Below, piece after piece: positions 28,539-38,118 of a stretch of 64,000 nt of DNA. Made by a program: the position numbers and the translations under genes. Under the pieces are notes generated by a model. It saw only the letters and a program-made list of their open reading frames with translations. It searched no databases and was not told where the DNA came from. This DNA comes from an uncultured Gammaproteobacteria bacterium (GTDB lineage Bacteria > Patescibacteriota > Microgenomatia > Levybacterales > GWA1-39-11), in NCBI GenBank assembly GCA_964640435.1, contig CAZXFJ010000002.1, positions 4,175 through 68,174 of the forward strand. Reading direction: 5' to 3'. Within the stretch, counting starts at the first letter, position 1. Every line of letters starts with the position of its first letter.

Positions 28539-30809
28539 ATGGAATTTATTAAAAGGAATGTTTTTCTAATTGTATTAGTAGTTTTATGTCTAGCGTTTTT
28601 CAATAAGACAATTTTGTCAGGCCTTTTACCAATACCTGCTGATACGATTGTTGGACTGTATTATCCTTTTCGCGACAATTATGTTAAAACAAATCCAAAC
28701 GGATTACCATACAAAAATTTTTTAATAACAGATCCCGTTAGGCAAACCTATCCTTGGAAGAATTTATCTATTAATTTAATTAAGAAAGCGCAACTGCCTT
28801 TATGGAATCCTTATAATTTTTCAGGAACACCGTTACTAGCTAATTTCCAATCATCAGTTTTTTATCCATTTAATCTTCTCCTCCTTATCCTGCCATTTTC
28901 CATGGGTTGGGGTACATTAATCATTTTACAGCCTATTTTAGGGGGAATATTCATGTTCTTATACTTGAAGAATTTGAGATTAAAAAATGAATCAAGCTTC
29001 TTGGGTTCAATTGTGTTTTCTTTTAGCGGGTTTTCAATAGCATGGCTTGAATGGGGAACTATATTTCAGACCGCCCTCTGGTTGCCATTAATACTTCTAT
29101 CTGTTGATAAGATTATAAATAGAGAAGAAAAAATAAAAATAAAAGACTTAATAGTTTGGACTACAATATTAACTCTTTCACTTTCCTTTTCATTTTTTGC
29201 AGGTCATCTTCAAACATTCTTTTATATATTTATTATTTCTGTCGCGTATATACTTTTCCGTTCCTTTGAACAAAAAAGTAAATTCAAATCATTACTATTT
29301 TTCATAATCCCATATCTACTATTTGTTTTACTAACTTTTATTCAGTGGTATCCTACATTACAGTTTATTTTACTCTCGGCAAGAGATGCTGACCTTGTTT
29401 CATATAAAACTGTCGGATGGTTTATTCCTCTGCAGAATATTATTCAATTTATCGCACCAGACTTTTTTGGTAATCCATCAACATTAAATTACTTTGGTGA
29501 ATGGAATTATGGTGAGTTTATTGGATATGTTGGCATCATTCCCCTTATATTTGCTTTGTTTGCTATAGCTTTTAATAAAACAAAAGAGACACTTTTTTTC
29601 TTGATAGTACTTTTAATTGCTTTAATTTTTGCTTTTCCAAATCCAGCTTCACAGATCCCCTTTATGCTAAATTTACCTTTTATTTCTACTGCTCAACCTA
29701 CAAGGTTAATATTTTTAGCTGATTTTGCATTAGCAATTCTTGCCGCGGTTGGATTGGAAGAATATCTTAAAAGAAGTCGAAAAATTATTTTTATTCTTCC
29801 TATTTTTATTTTAATTATTGCATGTCTTTGGGGTTTTACTCTAGCTCAAGGATTTGGTTTAGTTACAGCAGAAAATTTACAGGTAATAAAACAAAATTTA
29901 AAACTTCCAACTTTACTTGTATTTGCTTCAGTACTTATTCTTACTCTTCCAGTTATTAAAATTATCAATAAAGAAAAAAAGATATTGACTTTATTAGTAG
30001 TTGCTATTCTAGCAATATCAATATTTGATCTTTTCAGATTTGGTTGGAAATTTGAATCTTTCTCTCCAGCTAGCTATCTTTTTCCCAATACCAAAGTAAT
30101 ATCATATATACAAAACCAGCCTGGTATTTATCGAACAATGTCTACAGACAGTAGAATATTTCCTCCTAATTTTTCTGTTATGTACAATATATATTCTCCA
30201 GACGGTTATGATCCTTTATATCTCAGACGGTACGGTGAATTAATCGCAGCATATGCTCGGAATAAGCCGGATATTGCAACACCTCTTGGTTTTAACAGAA
30301 TAGTTACACTTCAAAATCCTGATTCAAGGATAGTCGATCTTTTAGGAATAAAATATGTTTTATCATTCGATGACCCACAGGTATCAAAACTATCAAAAGT
30401 CTACTCTGACGGAATTGTAAGCGTTTATCAGAATAATAGTGCACTCGAAAGAATATTCTTTGTTCCAACAACTAAGTTTGTGAATACTAATCAGGAAGCC
30501 ATTGCTGAAATGTTTGATATTAACTATTCATTTGACAAAAGAGCAATTGTCCAAGGTATGAGAACCCAAAACTATAAAAATAATTGGGATGTAGGAAAAG
30601 TGAAGATTAATGACTATACTCCCAATAAGGTTAATATAGCCACCAGCAATAAAGGAGATGGATTCCTTGTCTTAACAGACGCCTATTATCCTACATGGAG
30701 TGCAACGATCGATGGAGAGCCAGCTCAAATATTTATAACAGACTATGCATTTAGGGGAATAATTGTGCCAAAGGGTAATCATATAATAGAATTTATTAAT
30801 GGTCTATGA
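28539..30809 (+). CDS. YfhO-family membrane glycosyltransferase (GT-C), paralog 3
   Basis: 756 aa. WNPYNFSGTPLLANFQSSVFYP, APDFFGNP and C-terminal YYPTWSATIDGE. AGGAAG Shine-Dalgarno sequence 9 nt upstream. Confidence 0.8.
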   Translation: MEFIKRNVFLIVLVVLCLAFFNKTILSGLLPIPADTIVGLYYPFRDNYVKTNPNGLPYKNFLITDPVRQTYPWKNLSINLIKKAQLPLWNPYNFSGTPLLANFQSSVFYPFNLLLLILPFSMGWGTLIILQPILGGIFMFLYLKNLRLKNESSFLGSIVFSFSGFSIAWLEWGTIFQTALWLPLILLSVDKIINREEKIKIKDLIVWTTILTLSLSFSFFAGHLQTFFYIFIISVAYILFRSFEQKSKFKSLLFFIIPYLLFVLLTFIQWYPTLQFILLSARDADLVSYKTVGWFIPLQNIIQFIAPDFFGNPSTLNYFGEWNYGEFIGYVGIIPLIFALFAIAFNKTKETLFFLIVLLIALIFAFPNPASQIPFMLNLPFISTAQPTRLIFLADFALAILAAVGLEEYLKRSRKIIFILPIFILIIACLWGFTLAQGFGLVTAENLQVIKQNLKLPTLLVFASVLILTLPVIKIINKEKKILTLLVVAILAISIFDLFRFGWKFESFSPASYLFPNTKVISYIQNQPGIYRTMSTDSRIFPPNFSVMYNIYSPDGYDPLYLRRYGELIAAYARNKPDIATPLGFNRIVTLQNPDSRIVDLLGIKYVLSFDDPQVSKLSKVYSDGIVSVYQNNSALERIFFVPTTKFVNTNQEAIAEMFDINYSFDKRAIVQGMRTQNYKNNWDVGKVKINDYTPNKVNIATSNKGDGFLVLTDAYYPTWSATIDGEPAQIFITDYAFRGIIVPKGNHIIEFINGL

Positions 30810-31771
30810 AAATTGATATAGTAATTCCTAATTATAATGGAGCAGAGCTAATTAAAAAAAATCTTCCGGATCTAATAGATGCTGTCGAAAAATATGATAT
30901 TGGCAAGATAATTATAAGTGATGATTGTTCTCATGCAGAGGATTTTAAAAACCTTTCTGAATTTTTAAATATAGTTCGTCAAAAGACAAAAATAAAAATA
31001 GAGTTAATTGAAAATCTTAGAAATGTTGGTTTCTCTTCAAATGTAAATGTAGGTGTATCAAAGACCACAGCGGATTTTGTACTATTACTAAATACAGACG
31101 TATCTGCTAACGCTAAATTCCTGGATGCTGCATTAAAAGATCTTGAGAATAATGAAAACTTATTTGGCGTTGGACTTATGGACAAGAGTGAAGAGAGAGG
31201 TAAAGTTGTTTTAAGGGGAAGAGGTTTAGCAACATGGAAAAGAGGGTTTTTAGTTCATAGAAGGGGTGAGGTTGATTCGAAAGATACCTTCTGGATTAGC
31301 GGTGGAAGTTGTATATTTAGAAGAGAATTGTTCATAAGGCTTGGGGGATTTGACCAAAGCTATAACCCATTCTATTGGGAAGATATCGATTTGTCATACA
31401 GGGCGAGAAAATCAGGTTATGAGGTAATGTTTGAGCCCGAAAGCGAAGTAATTCATAGGCATGAAGAGGGAACTATTAAGAGACATTTTAAGTCATCCCA
31501 TATCAAAAAAATTGCATATCGAAATCAATTTGTTTTTGTTTGGAAAAATATAACAGACATAAAGCTTTTAATTTCGCACTTTTTCTGGCTTCCCGTCCAT
31601 TTGATAAAAGCGATTTTACGAATGGACCTTGCTTTCATAGCTGGATTTTTTGCTGCAATTAATAAAATTCCTGCTATAATCGGAAAACGAAGAAAGCAAA
31701 AAAAACTATACAAGAAAAAAGACGTAGAAATTATCCCAAATGAAATTATCAATACTAATTCCGGTATATAA
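30806..31771 (+). CDS. GT2 glycosyltransferase
   Basis: [35 protein letters not shown] and [11 protein letters not shown]. 321 aa. Confidence 0.75.
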   Translation: MKIDIVIPNYNGAELIKKNLPDLIDAVEKYDIGKIIISDDCSHAEDFKNLSEFLNIVRQKTKIKIELIENLRNVGFSSNVNVGVSKTTADFVLLLNTDVSANAKFLDAALKDLENNENLFGVGLMDKSEERGKVVLRGRGLATWKRGFLVHRRGEVDSKDTFWISGGSCIFRRELFIRLGGFDQSYNPFYWEDIDLSYRARKSGYEVMFEPESEVIHRHEEGTIKRHFKSSHIKKIAYRNQFVFVWKNITDIKLLISHFFWLPVHLIKAILRMDLAFIAGFFAAINKIPAIIGKRRKQKKLYKKKDVEIIPNEIINTNSGI

Positions 31772-32453
31772 CGAAGAAAAAACTATTAAAGCTGTATTAA
31801 AAAGTGTAGCAAAAGTAGAAATAAAAAAAACTCCTATAGAAATTGTAATTGTTGATGATGGATCATCAGATAAAACAGTTTCCTATATTAAAAAAATATT
31901 ACCAAAGCTTAAGAGAGCTAAATTGATAATTCACCCAAAGAATAAAGGAAAAGGTTCTGCCTTAAGGACGGGAATTAAAAAGGCTCGAGGAGACTATATT
32001 ATTATTCAAGATGCTGACTTAGAGTACGATCCAAAATATATTCCAGAGCTTTTTAAGAACATAAAAACACGAGAAGAGGTAATTTACGGCACTCGGTTAA
32101 ATAGAATGCCTCATTTTGATAATGAAGAAAGAAGAGCTCAATTTCTTTTACACTATATTGGAAACAGGTTTTTAAGTTTAGTAACAAGCATTTTGTATGG
32201 GCAATGGTTAACTGATATTGAGACATGTTATAAGCTCTTCCCCAAAAAAGCTGTGCTAAAGATTAAAATAAGAGCTAAGGGATTTGAATTTGAACCTGAA
32301 ATTACTGCTAAACTTATTAAACAGGGATATAGAATTAAAGAAGTACCAATAACTACTAAACCGCGTGGTTATGATGAAGGTAAAAAATTACAAACAGTAC
32401 GAGATGGCTATAAAGCTCTTTATTCTCTAATAAAGTACAGGTTTACAGACTAA
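31740..32453 (+). CDS. GT2 polyprenyl-phosphate sugar synthase (DPM1/GtrB-like)
   Basis: [32 protein letters not shown] and DADLEYDP. Overlaps the upstream gene by 32 nt. Confidence 0.8.
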   Translation: MKLSILIPVYNEEKTIKAVLKSVAKVEIKKTPIEIVIVDDGSSDKTVSYIKKILPKLKRAKLIIHPKNKGKGSALRTGIKKARGDYIIIQDADLEYDPKYIPELFKNIKTREEVIYGTRLNRMPHFDNEERRAQFLLHYIGNRFLSLVTSILYGQWLTDIETCYKLFPKKAVLKIKIRAKGFEFEPEITAKLIKQGYRIKEVPITTKPRGYDEGKKLQTVRDGYKALYSLIKYRFTD

Positions 32454-32467
32454 AAAACTTATTTTAT

Positions 32468-32473
32468 TATAAT
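32468..32473 (+). promoter_or_regulatory. -10-like TATAAT 15 nt upstream of the ATG at 32489
   Basis: TATAAT at 32468-32473 in an AT-rich spacer. Confidence 0.25.
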
Positions 32474-32488
32474 AATCGATAACAAAAA

Positions 32489-34423
32489 ATGAATTTATTA
32501 AGTGTCGATTTTATTGCATCATTTTTTTATTTTTTACTAGCTATTTTTATCTCTTTTTATCTTCCTGGCTTTTTCTTTATCTCAAGGTTAAATTTACATA
32601 AATCTCAAGAAGTAATATTAAGCATAACTACCGGCATGGTTTTGTTTGCTTTTCAGGGATTTATATTTGGGTACTTAAACTTACGTTTATTAACTTATGT
32701 ATATCTTCTCCTATTCATTGGGCTATATATTTGGAAAAAAAGAGCTAAAAAAATTTCTCTACCTTCACTGGATATAAAAAATGCAGACTATTTATTATTA
32801 TTTATTTTGTTTGCCGGGGTTTTAACTCAAATTTTTTCAGTTTGGTTTAATGGGATAAAAATTTCGGAAGGACTTTATTTTTGTTGTGGATCAGTTCAGG
32901 ATAGTGTTCTTCATCTTGCAATCACAGATGAAATAGTTAAGAGATTTCCTCCAAATGAACCCGGCATGTATGGACAACTGCTTACAAATTATCATTATTG
33001 GGGGAGTTTGGTTATCGGAGAACTGATAAGAATATTTAAGTTACCTCTAATATCAACAAACTATCAGTTTATGACAATATTTGTCTCCTTGATGCTTGGT
33101 TTAAATGCTTTGGTTTTTGCAAGTGTACTCAAAATAGGTAAGGGATTCGGTAGATGGTTATTATTCTTTCTTTATTTTGGATCGGATTTCATATGGGGTA
33201 TTGTTGCAATTTTTAATAGAGATTCAATTTTCTTTATGCGTCCACTTGAAAGTGGAGCACAGTTTTTAGAGAATTTACCTCGAGCATTTGCTGTTGTTGT
33301 TTTCTTCGCAGCATTTTCATTATTTTTGATATGGATAAAGAAAAAGGATTTGTATGTTGGACTTATTATGTCATTTCTTTTAGCAAGTCTTTTAGTTTTT
33401 AAAGTAAATATTGGAGTATTTGCATTTTCTGGTTTGGCATTTTTGGGAATATACTACCTTTACAAAAGAGAGTACAAGATGTTGATACCACTGATCGTCG
33501 CTGTAATAATAGGTGCGATTATTTATTTGCCAACAAACTCATCGTCAGGAGGTCTTTATTATACGGGCTTTTGGAGATTTGAGAATTTCGTTGTACAGCC
33601 ATCGTTTAAATTGGATAGATTAGAATTAGCACGTTTAATTTATCTGCAACATGGAAATACACTTCGAGTGATTCAGTACGAGCTAATGTACATTTTCATC
33701 TTTATATTGGCTGTGTTTGGGACAAAGTTATTAGGATTTATTCAAACAAAAAAGTCTTTATCTCTTTTTCCAATCCAAATACATATAGTTTTTATACCAG
33801 CAATAATCATTAGTTTTATTGCTGGAGCATTTTTTTCGCAGACGTCAGGAGGTTCTAATAGTTTTAACTTTATAGTCTCCGTTTATATTCTTGGTTCTAT
33901 ATATACCGCTCTTGCATGTTTTTATTGGCTAAAAGGAAGAAATTTAATAAAAATATTACTAATAGTTTTGATTGTTGGATTAACACTCACGAGAAGTGTA
34001 GTTCAAACATATTCATATATAGACGATATTTTGAATAAACGTGGCTATTTAATAAAAAATGAAGAACTAGCCGCTATAAACTATTTTTCATCTTTACCTT
34101 CAGGTTTAGTGATTGTAGATCCTAATCTTGAAATTGATAAGAATAGCCCGTACTTAACTTTTTTAACAGGGCACAGGATGTATTTATCAGGAATTATTAA
34201 TGAGCTTGAGGCACACAATATAGACTATAAAGATAGGTTAACAATTAGAGATGAAATTTTTAAGTCAAAAAATCCTGACAAAGTTGCTGATTTAATTGCT
34301 GAGAATGATATAAGATATATATATCTTAAAAATAAAACAAAGCTTACAGCAACTGACTCGGCTAAGTTTTTGCCTGTAATTTTTCATAACGATATGATAA
34401 AAATTTTGGAGTTTAAAAAGTAA
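32489..34423 (+). CDS. large polytopic membrane protein, unassigned family (candidate GT-C-like), C-terminal soluble domain
   Basis: 644 aa with ~13 TM, followed by a ~170-aa hydrophilic C-terminal domain. No motif I can assign. Confidence 0.45.
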   Translation: MNLLSVDFIASFFYFLLAIFISFYLPGFFFISRLNLHKSQEVILSITTGMVLFAFQGFIFGYLNLRLLTYVYLLLFIGLYIWKKRAKKISLPSLDIKNADYLLLFILFAGVLTQIFSVWFNGIKISEGLYFCCGSVQDSVLHLAITDEIVKRFPPNEPGMYGQLLTNYHYWGSLVIGELIRIFKLPLISTNYQFMTIFVSLMLGLNALVFASVLKIGKGFGRWLLFFLYFGSDFIWGIVAIFNRDSIFFMRPLESGAQFLENLPRAFAVVVFFAAFSLFLIWIKKKDLYVGLIMSFLLASLLVFKVNIGVFAFSGLAFLGIYYLYKREYKMLIPLIVAVIIGAIIYLPTNSSSGGLYYTGFWRFENFVVQPSFKLDRLELARLIYLQHGNTLRVIQYELMYIFIFILAVFGTKLLGFIQTKKSLSLFPIQIHIVFIPAIIISFIAGAFFSQTSGGSNSFNFIVSVYILGSIYTALACFYWLKGRNLIKILLIVLIVGLTLTRSVVQTYSYIDDILNKRGYLIKNEELAAINYFSSLPSGLVIVDPNLEIDKNSPYLTFLTGHRMYLSGIINELEAHNIDYKDRLTIRDEIFKSKNPDKVADLIAENDIRYIYLKNKTKLTATDSAKFLPVIFHNDMIKILEFKK

Positions 34424-36066
34424 TGAAAAAATACTTAAAACCAAGTCTAATATTATTACTAATTTTCTTTCTAGGTTTATTTTTAAGGCTTTATCAATTA
34501 GGAACTACCCCTGCAGGATTTCATGCGGATGAAGCTGCATTTGGTTACAATGCATATTCGATTATCGAAACAGGTAAAGATGAATATGGGAAAACATTGC
34601 CATTAGTGCTTAAGTCATTTGGTGATTATAAAGGGGCACTATATGCATATTTATCAATTCCTTTTGTCTTGTTATTTGGTTTAAATCCATTTGGAGTCAG
34701 ATTTGCTTCTGCAATTATTTCTGCTCTAACAATAGTAGTTATCTACTTATTCGCCAAAAAGCTTTTTAATAACACAACCATCTCACTAGTTTCGGCATTT
34801 TTGTTTGCTATATCCCCCTGGGATATTATTATTTCAAGGGTAACCGGTGATGTAGAAGTAGGACTTTTTTTCACCCTCCTAATGTCCTATCTTCTTTTAT
34901 TTTTAAATGAAAAAAAGAGTAGTTTTTATTTTGTACTTGCTTTACTTTTTGGATTTCTTGCAACCATATCTTATGCCCCATATAGATTCTATGTAATTTT
35001 AATACCACTTATTTTCTTAGTGTTCTCAGCGGAGAAGATAAAAGGAAAAATAAATTTTAACAAAAAAGTATTATTTTTTATCATCTCAATAATTCTAGTT
35101 GGAATAATATATAGTTTTATTGCTCCTACAGAAAGACTTTCTCAGATTTCTATATTTACTAATCAAAATACTCAGTTAGTTTTAGATGAGCAGGTAAGGG
35201 AGGATGCAACCTCTCAAACATATGTGACTAGAATATTTCATAACAAAGTTGTTAATTACACTAGAACATTACTTGAGAATGCTGGACAATATTTTACTCT
35301 TGACTACCTTTTCCTAAATGGTGGTTTTCCATTAAGAGAAAGAATTCCTGCCAGTGGGCTTTTTTATATTTGGCAGTCTCCATTTTTGTTGTTTGGTTTG
35401 TATTTGATAATCCGAAAGAAAGAAAGAAGTGGATTTATTCTAATTGCGTGGTGGATTATTTTACTAATCCCTACAATTTTTACTTTTGATGAAATCCCAA
35501 ACGTACATAGAAATTTAATAATAAACCCTGCGATTCTTTTAATAATCTCGATAGGTATAGCGGATTTCCTAAAAATAAGAAAAGAAGTAATAGGAAAAAT
35601 TGCGTTAGGAGTTCTTATTGTTGTTGGATTATTTGAGTTTGCGTATTTCTTTCATCAATATTTCGCACACCAAAATGTTCATAGACCTTGGTATAGAGGA
35701 TTTGCATACGAAGAACTCGTTAGCGAGGTTAACAAAATATCGGGAGATTACAAAAAAGTTATCGTAACAAAAGGAAATCAAAGTCCATATATTTACTTCT
35801 TATTCTACTCAAAATACTCGCCTGTTGAATATCAGAAACAAGGTTCACCACGAGATCTTGATTATAAAGGCTTTGATAAATATACATTCGTTCCCTTGGG
35901 TTGTCCTCCTGTGGTAAAAGAAAAAGATATCGCCACAATTAAGGGAGATAAGGACACTTTGTATATTGATATGGGTACATGCGATTTGCCAGCCAATGCA
36001 AAAATAATTAAAACTATTAACTGGCAAGATGGTTCATCTGCATTTAAGATAATTGATTTTAGATAG
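34423..36066 (+). CDS. GT-C membrane glycosyltransferase, PMT_2/GT39-like, tandem paralog A
   Basis: GFHADEAAFGYNAYSI...GKDEYGKTLPLV..FGDYKGALYAYL aligns along its N-terminus with the ORFs at 38119 and 39774. Confidence 0.75.
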   Translation: MKKYLKPSLILLLIFFLGLFLRLYQLGTTPAGFHADEAAFGYNAYSIIETGKDEYGKTLPLVLKSFGDYKGALYAYLSIPFVLLFGLNPFGVRFASAIISALTIVVIYLFAKKLFNNTTISLVSAFLFAISPWDIIISRVTGDVEVGLFFTLLMSYLLLFLNEKKSSFYFVLALLFGFLATISYAPYRFYVILIPLIFLVFSAEKIKGKINFNKKVLFFIISIILVGIIYSFIAPTERLSQISIFTNQNTQLVLDEQVREDATSQTYVTRIFHNKVVNYTRTLLENAGQYFTLDYLFLNGGFPLRERIPASGLFYIWQSPFLLFGLYLIIRKKERSGFILIAWWIILLIPTIFTFDEIPNVHRNLIINPAILLIISIGIADFLKIRKEVIGKIALGVLIVVGLFEFAYFFHQYFAHQNVHRPWYRGFAYEELVSEVNKISGDYKKVIVTKGNQSPYIYFLFYSKYSPVEYQKQGSPRDLDYKGFDKYTFVPLGCPPVVKEKDIATIKGDKDTLYIDMGTCDLPANAKIIKTINWQDGSSAFKIIDFR

Positions 36067-36075
36067 ATCTGATGG

Positions 36076-36084
36076 TGTTATAAT
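36076..36084 (+). promoter_or_regulatory. extended -10 (TGtTATAAT) 6 nt upstream of the ATG at 36091; leaderless configuration
   Basis: TGTTATAAT at 36076-36084, then catcta, then ATG. Confidence 0.4.
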
Positions 36085-36090
36085 CATCTA

Positions 36091-38097
36091 ATGCGTTTTC
36101 GAAGTCTACTCTTTGGTGCGTTTTTTCTATTATTATCGGCAAGTAATGTTTTTGCTGATAACTCCTACATAACAATCGTAAATCCTGTAAGAATTTCAGA
36201 ATATACGAAAGATATAGTAGTCAACCTTAAGACCCAATACGAAGAATTAAATAAAAGAGAACTTCCAGCAACTTGGTTACTGACCTATGAAGTAATTACA
36301 AAAAAAGAAGCAGTTGAAGCAATAAAAAAATTTAATAAAAGACAAGAAGTAGGGGTATTTCTTGAAATAACTCCAGAAATATCTAAGGCTTCTGGGGTTT
36401 CTTACAATGAAACTAATGCTTGGCATAGGGCAACCTCAATTTTTTTATCAGGTTACACACAAAAAGATAGAAGAAAACTGATTGACACATTTTTTTCAGC
36501 ATTCAAAGATAAATTTGGATATTATCCAAAGTCGGTAGGATCCTGGTGGACAGATGCATATTCGCTTTCCTACATGAAAGAAAAATACAATATTACAGGA
36601 ACGCTTGGAGTGTCTGATCAGTATGATTTAGATGGGTATCAGGTTTGGGGTACATTTTGGAGTGTACCATATTACCCATCGAAGGTTAATGCAGGTATGC
36701 CAGCTCAAGCGGCTGAAGATAAAATAAATGTTGTCACCTTTAGATGGGCTGCAAGAGATCCTATTAATGGATACGCGAGCCCTTCTGATAAAGAAGCAAG
36801 TCTATATAGTACACAAGATTATTCTTCATTTGGTTTAGTTAATGATTATTACAATTATCTTATTGAGACATTTTCAATGCAAAACGAATTTAATAAATTT
36901 GGACAAATAACTCTTGGTCTTGAGGCAGATTATGCACCAGAAACATATACATCACAATTCGCAGAGTGGCTAGATATTGTTAAGAATAGAGAAGCTGAAG
37001 GGGAAAAAATAACAAACATGTCAGAGTTCTCTGATTGGTATATTAATGAGTTTAAATCTATTTCCCCACAGCAAATCATAGTATCGGATGATTATTTAGG
37101 GACAGGAAAGAAAGTGTATTGGATAAATAACTCCAGGTATAGAGTGGGTCTAGTCGATGACGGAAAAAATACAGCAATGATTGATTTTCGGACCTATCCT
37201 GAAAATTTTATTGAGCCATTTTATGTTGCACCAAACAAGCAATACAATTTATCTATAAACCTTCCATATGTAATTGATTCGCATATAAACAAAAAAAGTT
37301 CTTGGATTCTATCAAGCGAAAGTATTGAATCAGTTGAAAGCACTTTAGGAAATTTATCTGTGAAGTTAAAAAAAGGAAGCTTATTATTCTCTCCTAATTC
37401 AATTACAGTTCGTGATATTAAAATTCCTATTGCAATTGGCAAGAGCACTTATTTAAAAGTTGAAAAAAATGAAAATCATCAAATTATTTATCCAATCAAA
37501 AACGACCCGATCAGTCCAGATGGAATACTTTATAGCGAATACTCTTTAAGACTCCCTTTTACCATAGAAAGAAGAATAGACCCTATAAAAGTGTTTATTT
37601 ATCCGACTGCAATTATTTTAATCTGCATAATTTCAACCCTATTAATTATTAGATTTAAAAGAAGAGGAGTATTAATTTTGTTTTCATTAGCCATAATTTT
37701 AGTAATATTTTTCGTTGTTCGTGGACAAGCAAAATATTACATAAGTCAAACAGAAATGGATGCGTTATCCGTGCTGAGTGATTTGCCTCAGGGGAGAGTA
37801 CTCGTTTATGAGAAGGATTGTTTAAAATGTACATTTCAAACAATAAGGCCAGCAGCAGCCGCAGGAAGAAAGGGATACGTTGAAAAGTACGGTAAGCAAA
37901 AAATGTTACTTGATCTAAATTTCCAAATAGCTGCAAGTAGTAAGCTTGGCGCAGAGATGTTAAAAGAAAGAAAAGTTAAATATATTTACTTAAGTAAATA
38001 TGAAGACTATATTGAAACACTTCCGTATTTGCCTCAAGATTTAGGCTTAAAGCGAGTATATGAAAATGCTAACGCTCAAATTTGGGAAGTGTTGTAG
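36091..38097 (+). CDS. exported/membrane-anchored hypothetical protein (signal peptide, large extracytoplasmic domain, two C-proximal TM helices, short cytoplasmic tail domain)
   Basis: 668 aa. Signal-peptide-like N-terminus (MRFRSLLFGAFFLLLSASNVFA). TM helices near residues 510-560. Inserted between GT39-like paralogs. Confidence 0.5.
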   Translation: MRFRSLLFGAFFLLLSASNVFADNSYITIVNPVRISEYTKDIVVNLKTQYEELNKRELPATWLLTYEVITKKEAVEAIKKFNKRQEVGVFLEITPEISKASGVSYNETNAWHRATSIFLSGYTQKDRRKLIDTFFSAFKDKFGYYPKSVGSWWTDAYSLSYMKEKYNITGTLGVSDQYDLDGYQVWGTFWSVPYYPSKVNAGMPAQAAEDKINVVTFRWAARDPINGYASPSDKEASLYSTQDYSSFGLVNDYYNYLIETFSMQNEFNKFGQITLGLEADYAPETYTSQFAEWLDIVKNREAEGEKITNMSEFSDWYINEFKSISPQQIIVSDDYLGTGKKVYWINNSRYRVGLVDDGKNTAMIDFRTYPENFIEPFYVAPNKQYNLSINLPYVIDSHINKKSSWILSSESIESVESTLGNLSVKLKKGSLLFSPNSITVRDIKIPIAIGKSTYLKVEKNENHQIIYPIKNDPISPDGILYSEYSLRLPFTIERRIDPIKVFIYPTAIILICIISTLLIIRFKRRGVLILFSLAIILVIFFVVRGQAKYYISQTEMDALSVLSDLPQGRVLVYEKDCLKCTFQTIRPAAAAGRKGYVEKYGKQKMLLDLNFQIAASSKLGAEMLKERKVKYIYLSKYEDYIETLPYLPQDLGLKRVYENANAQIWEVL

Positions 38098-38104
38098 AAT
38101 AATA

Positions 38105-38110
38105 TATAAT
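38105..38110 (+). promoter_or_regulatory. -10 box TATAAT 8 nt upstream of the ATG at 38119; leaderless configuration
   Basis: TATAAT at 38105-38110, then cttaagaa, then ATG. Confidence 0.35.
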
Positions 38111-38118
38111 CTTAAGAA

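Noticed and set aside
36091-38097. The 668-aa exported protein as an S-layer protein or glycan-binding lectin
   Set aside because: It has no Ser/Thr-rich or repeat-rich region, no SLH or other recognisable anchoring motif. I cannot assign a fold from sequence alone. It is kept only as a candidate acceptor or accessory in the GT39 triplication finding.
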